A DNA stretch of 64,000 bases from Oscillospiraceae bacterium (lineage in GTDB: Bacteria > Bacillota > Clostridia > Monoglobales > Monoglobaceae). Made by a program: the position numbers and the translations under genes. Each line of letters starts with the position of its first letter. Within the stretch, counting starts at the first letter, position 1. The stretch lies in the NCBI GenBank assembly GCA_015068655.1, contig SVKC01000004.1, positions 104 to 64,103 of the forward strand. Direction: 5' to 3'. Of this stretch, positions 8,994-18,900 are shown piece after piece. A model generated the notes under the pieces. It was given only the letters and a program-made list of their open reading frames with translations. It made no database searches and had not been told where the DNA came from.

Positions 8994-11900
8994 TCAGTCG
9001 AATATAATAAGTTCATATTCCTGTCTGCAGCTGATACGCACAAGAACTCTTGAAGCTCTTGAACTTCCGGAGCTTGCTGCATCAAATATTTCATCAGGAG
9101 AAGCTGTATAGATTTTTTCCTCTTCACTGTCATAACGATAAATCTTCAGTTCAGGCGAATACAAACTTACAACAATCGGTTCGTATGCCGAATCATCTTC
9201 AGGACCTACGGTAATAATACTATCCTTCATCGTAAGAACCTTTCCGTACACCAGACAAAGCTCATCATTGGTTCCCGAAAGGCATCCGTAAGGTTCATCA
9301 GGAGATACAGCTCTTGTAGTAACATCTTCGGGGATACCATCTTTGTACCATCTTTTTGTATAACCCTTTATGAGATTTCCTGCAGTAAGAGAAAGAGATA
9401 TAACATCTCCGCACACAAGGTCGTCAACATCAATAATTCCCTGCTCCTTCTCACTGAATTCAACTCTGTTTCCGTGATAAAGTCCGCACACCTTCGCAAC
9501 AATTTCGCCTTCTTCGTTCAAAGAAACAACAACCTCTTCCACAAGCATAAGCCTGTTTCCGGCAACAGCTTCAACCGTCTCTGCTCCGCCCAGAACCAGA
9601 AGTCCTGCAATCTTTTCAGCACCGCTGTCGTAAACCGCAACAGAATACTGTGAATCCGAGCTGAGTGATGCCGTGCTTACTATTTCAAAGTCATCCTCTT
9701 CAAATATATCCGCAGGCACTTTGAACATCACCGTGTCACCGCCTACTGCAACCTGCTCTCCGCCTGTTGCAACAACTGTCATAATACCGGTATGCTTCCA
9801 ATAACGATTTGTCAAAGGTGAATCACAGCTAAAGCTTTCTTCGCCTTCCTCACCCACATAAACTGTGTCGATTGAGGTAATCCGGTTTTGACCGTCTCTG
9901 ACAAACTTCACAGGCTGTGCCACAGAATCAGAAATATATTCATTTCTCTTCAAGTGTGCAAAAACAGAATCAAAATCACTATCCGTATATTTTATTCCGT
10001 CTACTTTAAACTTTTTCTTGTGTGCATCAAGTGTCACGAAGGAGCCATCGGTTGTAAAAATTCTGAACTGCATTATCGGGGAAATTCCGTCCGTCACCTT
10101 CATAGCTTTCAAAAAGCCGTATTCACCTTCACGCACAGCACTTCCGTCATATGCGGCAATTCTGTTGTACGCATCTGCATAGAACACACCTTCGTCACCG
10201 ACCTGAACCTCAGAAAAATCAAAGCCCGGAACTGTTTCATATTTTTCGCCATCTATAACAATATAATCGTCACCTATGGTTTCCAATACTCCGTCAATGT
10301 ACTTGTCTGAAATAAGTATGTCATAATACTTGGAGCCATTTTCCGTATAGCTCTCTGTGACAGAAAGAACATCCCACTCCTTTATGTCCCCTATTTCAGC
10401 CTCTATACCGGTGGAGGCATTGGTGATTGTTGTCATATCATAACTTTCGTTAATCTCAATAACAGTTGCCCCATTCTTTACGCTTATGATATTCTTTGCA
10501 GAATTCACACGGTTGACAACATACGTATCAATTTTGTTTACGATATAAACATCAAAATCATTGTCATTGTCGTTGTCAACAAGACGTATTTTACCATCAA
10601 GAGGCCAAAGGTCATCTTCTGTGTAATCTCTCAAAGCAAAACCATTGTAAATTACATCTGCCGAATCAGATATTGACACTTTTTTCTTTTTATCACCGTC
10701 ATAATATTCAACCTGATCGCTGTTCGCCGAAATAATATCCTCTGCATCAATCTCCACTATGGTGTTGGATTTGTCCAATACCATCAAGAGAATTTCATAA
10801 GGTCTGTTCTCGCTCTTGTAATACCAAAAATCCACATAAGAACCGAAAAAGCTCTCAATATTGTCTATTTTTGAAAAATACTCATATCCGTTTATCGTAA
10901 GATAGGTACTGTCGCCTTCATCATTTGCATCTGTGAGTGACGTACCTCTTACAGCATCAACAACACCTTCCGCCTGGTAAATATCCAGGTTTTCAGAAAG
11001 CAAGGTCACGCCCGGAATAGTGGACGCTTCCGATTTATCACCGAAGGTTGTCTGTCTCAACACATCTGTTTCAACAGCGTTCTTCACCATAATTGCAATC
11101 TGACCTCTTGTGATACTTTCGCCTATTTCGCCTGCACCCTTATAAAGCTTCAGCTGATTGGCAATTTTCACATAACCATCAGGATAACCGCCATTAAATT
11201 CTGCAATCTCCTTGTAGCCCAAAAGTGCAACAAGAATCTTAACCGTTTGATTTGTGGTTATAACATCATCAGGAGCAAATCTTCCGTTTCCGACACCATC
11301 AATTACTTTTGCCGACGCCATTGTTTCGATATAGGAATATGCCCAGTGGTCTTCCGCTACATCGCTGAATGTGGGCGAAGAATTGGTGGCAGTCATACCA
11401 TAAAGCTTTGCAGCAATTTTTGTAAATTCAGCTCTTGTAATTTCATTTTCCGAACGAAATGTTCCGTCGGGGTATCCGTTCATTATTCCAAGAGCATTCA
11501 AAAATCGTACAGGACTTTCATACTTTGTTCCGGCAATATCCGAAAATGCCGTGCCGGCACCCGCCATGCTTTCATCAGCCGAAGCTGAGCCTGCAACGCC
11601 CGTTTCAGCCCCTTGAGGAATTTCATTCTTTTCAGCCAGAACCCTTATTTCACCGATTGAAAGAGGCTCCGCAGCTGTCTTTTCAACTTTTACATATCTT
11701 ATCACTTGTCTTGTTGAAAAATCACATACAAATTTTTCGCCATAGTCCTCAGAATTTTCCGCAAGAACTACGCTGTCTGTAAAATCATCCTTATTTGCAC
11801 CGATAATACGGAAATTTTTTCTTTCCGCCTCATTATTGCTGCCTTTTCTTGCCTCAATTTCAATTTTCGACACGGGAAAAGACAAGCCCAAATCCACCTG

Positions 11901-12125
11901 CCACCATGGCATTTCATCCTCTGCATTGCTCATATAATAGGTGTAGCTTTCATTGTCGTTAATCCCGTCATTAGCTTTATCTGCCGCATTTTCGCCGCTT
12001 AGCTCCGACGAAGCAGATGCTTGCATATTTAACGCAACATTCACCGCATTATCCGATGCAAAAACCGCAAACTGCGACAAAAGCATAGCTAATGCTGTAA
12101 AAGTAGTAATAAGTCTGTTTTTCAA
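8994..12125 (-). CDS. protein C: discoidin domain + SLH triplet + long S-layer-protein-like region (paralogue of the 26565..29492 S-layer protein)
   Basis: The ORF-track start is 12188. TTG at 12125 sits 7 nt after AGGAAGGA and gives the signal peptide MKNRLITTFTALAMLLSQFAVFA. SLH motifs include FSDIAGTKYESPVRFLNALGIMNGYPDGTF and FSDVAEDHWAYSYIETMASAKVIDG. Colinear matches to the S-layer protein are listed in the findings. Confidence 0.8.
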   Translation of the reverse strand: MKNRLITTFTALAMLLSQFAVFASDNAVNVALNMQASASSELSGENAADKANDGINDNESYTYYMSNAEDEMPWWQVDLGLSFPVSKIEIEARKGSNNEAERKNFRIIGANKDDFTDSVVLAENSEDYGEKFVCDFSTRQVIRYVKVEKTAAEPLSIGEIRVLAEKNEIPQGAETGVAGSASADESMAGAGTAFSDIAGTKYESPVRFLNALGIMNGYPDGTFRSENEITRAEFTKIAAKLYGMTATNSSPTFSDVAEDHWAYSYIETMASAKVIDGVGNGRFAPDDVITTNQTVKILVALLGYKEIAEFNGGYPDGYVKIANQLKLYKGAGEIGESITRGQIAIMVKNAVETDVLRQTTFGDKSEASTIPGVTLLSENLDIYQAEGVVDAVRGTSLTDANDEGDSTYLTINGYEYFSKIDNIESFFGSYVDFWYYKSENRPYEILLMVLDKSNTIVEIDAEDIISANSDQVEYYDGDKKKKVSISDSADVIYNGFALRDYTEDDLWPLDGKIRLVDNDNDNDFDVYIVNKIDTYVVNRVNSAKNIISVKNGATVIEINESYDMTTITNASTGIEAEIGDIKEWDVLSVTESYTENGSKYYDILISDKYIDGVLETIGDDYIVIDGEKYETVPGFDFSEVQVGDEGVFYADAYNRIAAYDGSAVREGEYGFLKAMKVTDGISPIMQFRIFTTDGSFVTLDAHKKKFKVDGIKYTDSDFDSVFAHLKRNEYISDSVAQPVKFVRDGQNRITSIDTVYVGEEGEESFSCDSPLTNRYWKHTGIMTVVATGGEQVAVGGDTVMFKVPADIFEEDDFEIVSTASLSSDSQYSVAVYDSGAEKIAGLLVLGGAETVEAVAGNRLMLVEEVVVSLNEEGEIVAKVCGLYHGNRVEFSEKEQGIIDVDDLVCGDVISLSLTAGNLIKGYTKRWYKDGIPEDVTTRAVSPDEPYGCLSGTNDELCLVYGKVLTMKDSIITVGPEDDSAYEPIVVSLYSPELKIYRYDSEEEKIYTASPDEIFDAASSGSSRASRVLVRISCRQEYELIIFD

Positions 12126-12215
12126 AGTTATAATCCTTCCTTTCAGATAAGGCATCTGCCTGGGGCACAAATCCTGTCTGTACCCCAAGCACCTCTAACT
12201 TTTGTCATTATTATT

Positions 12216-15200
12216 CTATTCAGCGGTAAGAATTACCGGTGAATCAGGTGATACGGTTCCAATATATCCCGCATCTAAAATAGCTCCCGGATAATTATCC
12301 ACAAAATCAAAGATGACCTCTCCGTTTATTGTACATTTCAATCTTACGCCGTCGCCTTCATTTCGCGTAACAATTTCCATTTTGTTCTTGAGTCCCGTAC
12401 CGAGCTTGAACGCATCCGTCTGGATTGCACCGCCAAAGATAGCCGGCACACTTGCAACAGGACCGTAGAACTGTGTTCTTATGCCATCGTTAAAACGATA
12501 GAATTCAATCTGTCCGGGAGTGAAAATAAGGATATAAGTTGCATTACCCTTCTGAGTAAAGTCTTTGTCCGGATCCTGCGTTCTGAACACAAAACCGGGG
12601 TAACTCATCTCACGGGAAGCAATCTCCATATCAAAGTTCATTGTTATGTCTCCATAGATTTCTCCCGAATAGTTGGAGCAGTTCATACTGGAGAACATAT
12701 TCCAGTTATCCTTATCTGCAATAGCATCTTTCAGGCTGACAGCACCCTCCTGACTTAAAGGAATAGGTTTCTGAGCACGGACAGTCCACTGTTTTAAATG
12801 TTTTCCGTCAAGGCTCGAAATGGTGTAAACCACATCCTTCGTAAAGTTCTGAGGAACATCAAGGGAAGGCGTGATTCTCACCTGACTGTTTATGCCAAGA
12901 TTTGGTTTGATTGCCGAAAGGTCAGCAAGATGCTTGACAGGAACTGTAACCAAGTTGTTTTCCTTGTCTATCACCGCACTACCTGTCTGATCGGGAAGTG
13001 AGGCAGAAAGGATGTCAAAATTAACCTTGTTTTTCCTGAGTGAAATTATGCTTTGTTCAAGATACTGTTTGATAATTTCATCATCAGGATACTTTTGCGC
13101 TTCTTTTATTGCGCCCACCAGAACATTGTAATCATACTGCGCATTCATACCCTCATCGCTTCCGATAACAGTATTTTCAAGCTCCTTTTCAGCAATCTCA
13201 ACAAGCTCATCCACGGGATATGTAATCTTGCTGTTTTTGAATTCTTCAATTCTGTCAAAAAGAGTCCAGCGTGCTTCAAGAATATCATCTCTGTTCACAG
13301 GCTCTTTTGCAACAACCGTATTTGCCTCGTCAAGTGCCGCATACAGTCTGTCAACAGCCTCCTGCGGATATTGGCAAAGACCGCTTCCCACCTCTGCAAT
13401 TTTCAACCATTCCTGAGCAGAATGTATGTAATAGGTAAGATACTGTCCAACAAAGGTCGCATCGCCCATAAGCCCCATAACAATTTCCTTTTTCGCATTG
13501 TTGGTGAGCATCTCACGGGATACAGGCCAGTAATTTTTGCCTGCCTTTTCTTCAAGACCCCGATATTTTTCTTCTACCCCTGCATTTTTCATAACAGCAA
13601 CCGCTTCAAGAGGTGCATTGCCCGGAATGATAAGCTGATTGTTGTCAATAAGGCAGTTTTCATTAAGATTAATAACCGAATGTGAGCCCGTTGACCAATT
13701 ATCCTTCCAGAGATTGTTTGCTGATATTCCGGCAGAAGAAAAAGCAAAGGGTGCAACCTCGGTTACATTGTTTTTAAGCGTTATTCTCTCCGAACCTGAA
13801 TCCAGATAAAGTGCCGCAAGGTTGTTGTGCTGTTCACGCACATAGTTACCTATTTCGGTGGTGTTTATCTGATTTCCGAGCATATATATACCGCCGCCGT
13901 CAAATGCAACCTGCATATGATTCTCTAAAAGATTATAATTAAGGCGGTTGTCCCGACACTCCACATTGTCAGGATAATTTGTCCAGCCCCAACCCTCAGA
14001 TATACCCGAATAGGGTATGTCATAAAAATGATTGTGAGAAATATCCATACCCTGAACATAATATGCCGTAACACCGGGTGCACCATAGTTCATAAGCCCA
14101 ATTCTTGTGATTACGTTGTTGGTAACAGAGTTATTGCTGCATATTTCAATTCCGGCAGTAGTGCCAATATCCTTGGAAATCACACGCACTTCGGGAACAA
14201 GAAAGTACTCTTTTCTCGAAACCCTTACATAGCGAAACTTTTCATCCGTATTTGATTTAAGAACCGCTGTGCCGTACTGCTCATAGGGTACGGGTCCAAG
14301 GCTTGCAATAACCTTGTATCTTTGGAAATCAGCATCATTTGACGCAAGTATCTCTATGTTATTTCTTGTATTGCTTGCCGAGGGCGAATCTATTCTGTCG
14401 TCAATCTCGATTCTGTCTATGGAATACTTTTCACCAAGGTCAATCTGCAGCCAATGAGGACCTGCCTTTGGTGGATTCCATGCGGTCTTTCTGTTTCCGT
14501 CTATGGCATTGAAAGGATTGCCGTAAAGGTCATAACTGCTTGCTGAAGCTATCTTGCCTGCAGCAACGTTTGTGCCGTCAGTTTCCTTGCTTCCATAGGT
14601 GTAGTCAGCCGTTCCGATGGTAACTGCACTGTCTCCTATATCAAAGAATGCATTTCCCTCAACACGGCATCCTGACACACCGTTATACATACCGATACCG
14701 GCATCACCAATATCGCATATTTTGTTGTTTGTGAAATTCACCTTTTCCGCAAAATTCATCTGGATTGTTGCAGGCACCATAGTGAAACCCGGCTCTGTAA
14801 TCCATTTTGTTTCCTCAGGGAGCATATCTCCTGCCTGGTCGCCGATATGACCGTAACGGCACATTCTGAGCCATGCAGTGTGTCCCATAGTCAGAGAATC
14901 AAAGGTTATATTTTTAACCTTATTTCCGCCGTGGGCACCTCTTATTGTCATAAGCTGCTCCAAAACCGGCAGCTCAACCTCTGCGGTTGCCATATTCTCA
15001 TCACTTCGCGGGAGATAATAAAGCTTTTTTTCGCTTCTGTCATAATAGAATTCTCCCTCAACATCAAGCTCTTCAAAGGCATTTTCAAGAATGAAATTAT
15101 GCCCCGGCTCAACCGAGTGTGAAACCGTACTGATAAGCCCCATCATTGCTTTTAAGGACGGCTGACGAAGCAAAAACCTGCTTCCCTCTGATGATGCAGA

Positions 15201-15836
15201 AATTCTCTCCACATTTATAGTGTAGCTTCTCCAGCCTCTTGCAAAGTGCAGTTGAATATCTTCTGCATTTTTATATGATGCATACTTTGTATTTTTGCTT
15301 ATAAGCCCGTCTGCCGCTTCTTTGGAACCGGGCAATGTATAAAACGCATCAACATCTATAAGTTCTTCACTCTGTGCTCTTCTGGCACGTCTGTTATTCA
15401 CGTAAAGCTGCGGAGCATACTCAATGCCATCCACATTTGCTGTCCACATTTTTCCATCAGATGTCTTCTTCCAGCCCTCAATCTTTTTCGCACCGGAAAT
15501 AACTGCTTCTTCTCCGGGATATGACTTGTAGTTAACATAGTAACCATTTGTCCCGCTGTCATCCGATGTAAATTCAAGTGTTTCTTCAAGACGGTAAACG
15601 CCTTCACGAAGATAAACATTTATATCCGCTGTCATATTGTCATTTAATTTCCGAACTTCATCTCTTGCACGTTCCACTGTCCTGAACGGAGATTCCTTAC
15701 TTCCTGTGGCTTCATCGTTTCCGTCAGGTGAAACATATATTTCGTGCATAACAGGTGCCATTTCAGCCAACACCGGAACCTGTACCGACGTACACGCTAT
15801 CACTGCCGAAAGAAGCATGGTTATAAATCTATTCAT
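12216..15836 (-). CDS. protein D: secreted right-handed beta-helix protein with nested discoidin domain, Ig-like domain and C-terminal ConA/LamG-like jelly roll; paralogue of the C-terminal two-thirds of protein A
   Basis: Signal peptide (MNRFITMLLSAVIACTSVQVPVLA). AAGGAGG RBS. IYVSPDGNDEATGSKESPFRTVERARDEV aligns with IYVSAKNGNDSAAGTLDKPFATIERAQSEI in A. The shared motif YSGISEGWGW matches YSGICFGWGW in A. Confidence 0.8.
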   Translation of the reverse strand: MNRFITMLLSAVIACTSVQVPVLAEMAPVMHEIYVSPDGNDEATGSKESPFRTVERARDEVRKLNDNMTADINVYLREGVYRLEETLEFTSDDSGTNGYYVNYKSYPGEEAVISGAKKIEGWKKTSDGKMWTANVDGIEYAPQLYVNNRRARRAQSEELIDVDAFYTLPGSKEAADGLISKNTKYASYKNAEDIQLHFARGWRSYTINVERISASSEGSRFLLRQPSLKAMMGLISTVSHSVEPGHNFILENAFEELDVEGEFYYDRSEKKLYYLPRSDENMATAEVELPVLEQLMTIRGAHGGNKVKNITFDSLTMGHTAWLRMCRYGHIGDQAGDMLPEETKWITEPGFTMVPATIQMNFAEKVNFTNNKICDIGDAGIGMYNGVSGCRVEGNAFFDIGDSAVTIGTADYTYGSKETDGTNVAAGKIASASSYDLYGNPFNAIDGNRKTAWNPPKAGPHWLQIDLGEKYSIDRIEIDDRIDSPSASNTRNNIEILASNDADFQRYKVIASLGPVPYEQYGTAVLKSNTDEKFRYVRVSRKEYFLVPEVRVISKDIGTTAGIEICSNNSVTNNVITRIGLMNYGAPGVTAYYVQGMDISHNHFYDIPYSGISEGWGWTNYPDNVECRDNRLNYNLLENHMQVAFDGGGIYMLGNQINTTEIGNYVREQHNNLAALYLDSGSERITLKNNVTEVAPFAFSSAGISANNLWKDNWSTGSHSVINLNENCLIDNNQLIIPGNAPLEAVAVMKNAGVEEKYRGLEEKAGKNYWPVSREMLTNNAKKEIVMGLMGDATFVGQYLTYYIHSAQEWLKIAEVGSGLCQYPQEAVDRLYAALDEANTVVAKEPVNRDDILEARWTLFDRIEEFKNSKITYPVDELVEIAEKELENTVIGSDEGMNAQYDYNVLVGAIKEAQKYPDDEIIKQYLEQSIISLRKNKVNFDILSASLPDQTGSAVIDKENNLVTVPVKHLADLSAIKPNLGINSQVRITPSLDVPQNFTKDVVYTISSLDGKHLKQWTVRAQKPIPLSQEGAVSLKDAIADKDNWNMFSSMNCSNYSGEIYGDITMNFDMEIASREMSYPGFVFRTQDPDKDFTQKGNATYILIFTPGQIEFYRFNDGIRTQFYGPVASVPAIFGGAIQTDAFKLGTGLKNKMEIVTRNEGDGVRLKCTINGEVIFDFVDNYPGAILDAGYIGTVSPDSPVILTAE

Positions 15837-15881
15837 GTCAACCTCCTTATCTTGAAAATATCAAGCTGTAAACTACATATG

Positions 15882-15913
15882 GGAACAGAGAACAGCGAGC
15901 TATTCTCTGTTCC
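15882..15913 (-). other. perfect 11-bp intergenic stem-loop between genes E and D
   Basis: GGAACAGAGAA-N10-TTCTCTGTTCC in the only sizeable gap (85 nt) inside the operon. There is no U-tract on the transcribed strand. Confidence 0.5.
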
Positions 15914-15922
15914 GTGAAGTGT

Positions 15923-18900
15923 TTATTTTGTTACTTTTACTGAATATGGTTCAAGGGTTGTTTCGTCCCAAACATATACTTCAATTATACTTCCCACAGT
16001 CTCGCCTGTTGTAAAGGGTACTGTCAGGGTTGATGTGCCCTTTGCTGTTGCTTCTGCACTTGCTGTATAAGCTTTTACAAGTCTGTGTGATGCATCCTTC
16101 TCCGCAATCACTACCATTACAGGAGTTTTGGTTTCAAAGGTTGAAGCCATCTTTGCTGTAAGGGTGTATGCAGTATTTGCTTTGAGTGTAGGAGCCTCTC
16201 CGTTTGCATCTGACACCGAAACCTCCGAAAGTGTTACATATGCCGGTGTTGTGAATGTTATTGTCTTTGCCGAAATGGGCATACTGCTCAGGCTCTTAAT
16301 TGCAGAAGAAACTGTCAGATAATATGTAGTAGCCGGTTTCAATTCGTCTGTTGTAAATGTATACTCATAGTCTTCAGCATATCCATTATTCTGACTTAAC
16401 ACATTACCGCTTGCATCTTTGAGAACAACTGTTTCGGAATTAATGTTTTCAGGGAACATCTTGTCTGAGAACGAAACTGTTATTTCGTTGCCGTTCAGTC
16501 TGACGCTGTTTGCCTGAGCCGCAGGAGTGTATACTCTCACCTCACCGAGACCCGCAAGACCTTTATACGCTTTCTGGAAGGTAATGTATCTGTATTCACC
16601 CGAAACATCGTCTCTCAATATACCGTTTGTATTAGCTCCGGAATTCTGAGCCTCTGCGAAAGTATAATAAGTATCGTTATTCTGACCTTCATTATAGTAA
16701 GGCATATATCCTGTTTTTACTGTGCCCAACAGGTCATATCCATCACCAATCTTTGCAATTGTGGCATGAACACCGCTGTCATTTTCAAGCAACAAATCAT
16801 CTGTGTTCATGGTTTTACTTCCGTAAACATTCCAGAAGCGTCTTTCACTACCGCCGCCGGCATTAAATGGGTTTTCACTATACAATGATTCCATTTCAAT
16901 TCTTGTTATGGGGTAGCTTGCACCAAGGTCTACATACAACCATGGATTCACAATATCTGAGGAATCTTTAGGCCATCCGGTTGTCCAGCCGTCTGTAACA
17001 GCCGCATTCTTGCCGTCTACAATATTTTGAGCGCCGTAAGTTGAAGCATATTCTGCATTTGCAACAGCTGTGGCATTTCTTGAAATCTCCATAAGGCTTC
17101 TGTCAGCATAAACTTCAATTTCTTCAATACCTCCCCAGCAAGCAGCAGTCTTCTGATACCTCACATATCTGTAATCCTTTGTGCCGTCAAGGGTAATATC
17201 TGCACCGCCTGCCACTGCATCAAATGCATCACCCACAAGTCCGCCAACGTGATGAGCCACATCATACTCTGCAAAGCTTTCATCATTTGAAAGCTGAATT
17301 TCATACATCTGACCTGTCTGATTTCCGTTTGTGGGGTTCTTCAATACTATTCTCTCAATATTGTATCTGTTTTCAAGGTCTATTGTTATACTTGATGAAG
17401 CTGTGAACGAACCGTAAAGATTGGAGCTTGCGCTTCCGTCAACAACGCCTGCACCGCCATTTGAATAATTTTCTTCAGTTATTCCCGATACAGTCACCTG
17501 CTTGCCCATTGCAATATTGACGTTTTCTTCGTTTATTATGGGCTTACCTTCAAGGTTAACATCCTTTGCAATATAGCGTGTCAGTGTACCTGCAATTTCC
17601 ACATTTGCTGCACTCTTTAAGTTGTAACTGATTTCAACCTTCTGAGCATCGGGGGCATTTGTAACTGCAGCCTCGTATCCGTCAGCTGAAGGAGTCAGAA
17701 CTGCATTCTCTATTTCAACGCCCGAAGTATTGTAAATCTTTATGTTGTCACTTGTGAGTGTTGCAGTATCCATAGCATCAGAGAACGAAAGGTTGATTGC
17801 ATCGCCGTTAATCTTTACACTGTTCAAAGTAGGATTCGTTACAAATGCTCTAACTTCGCCGAGCTGTGCAATATTCTTGTTGAGCTTTTTGAAAGTAATG
17901 TATCTGTATGCATTTCCGGCTGTATTTACGTTCTGCTTTACATAACCAACAGTATCAGCCAGATTACTTTTCATTTTAAGAGGTGTTGTACCGTATTGGG
18001 GCAGATAATAGCCCGTTCCTGTTGAGCAAAGCTGTGTAAACATAGATGGCATGGTTGAAGTTACCATATCAGGTCTGTAAGTAACCACATTTGTACCGGT
18101 TGAAGATGCTTTTTCGGGAAGCTCTGTACTTCCGTATACCGACCAGCCCTGTCTTGATGCTGTATTATCTGCAATTCCCTTTGGATATTCAATTTCAATA
18201 AGACTAACCGGCAGGCTTGCTTCAAGGTCTACCACAAGATAGTCCAGAATTTCATCTGTACCAAAGGCTTTGAACTTACCGCTTCCTTCACCCGGATACG
18301 CTGACCACCAACCCTTGTCGCTTTTACCGTTTACAGCATAGGATGCAGGATTTGTGCTGTTATAACCGCTGATGTTTGCTTCAACAGGCTTGTTTCTTGA
18401 AACCTCGGTGATGTATTCTCTTGCATATACTTGGAACTCGCCAACATAGATATACCATCCGTCAACAGTTCTTCTGTATCTCAAATATCTGTAGTCATTC
18501 GAACCGCTGAAATTCAGCGTAAGGTTGTTATTACCATCAAAATCTTCATTCGAATTTACATTATGCGCACATTCATAAAGCTTATCTGTTTTACCCTCCG
18601 GGAATGCAGGGTCATTGGACGCTTCAAGAACAAAGCCTCTTTTCGCACCGCTACCACTGTTATAAGCATTTAAAACAATCTTTTCAATATTATAACGTCT
18701 TCCCAAATCAAAGAGGATATAATCGCCGCTGTTGTATGTGCCCGAGTGCATTGTATTTGCATCTCCGTCAACAATATTCGCAAGATTTGAGGCACTGCTG
18801 AGAGTTGATGTGGGAGTCTTGCCGGATGCCACATTTTTAAGGTCTGTTTTTGTGGTAAGAGCAAGCTCTTCTGCTGTTTTTTCATTTGTTGTTGTAAATG

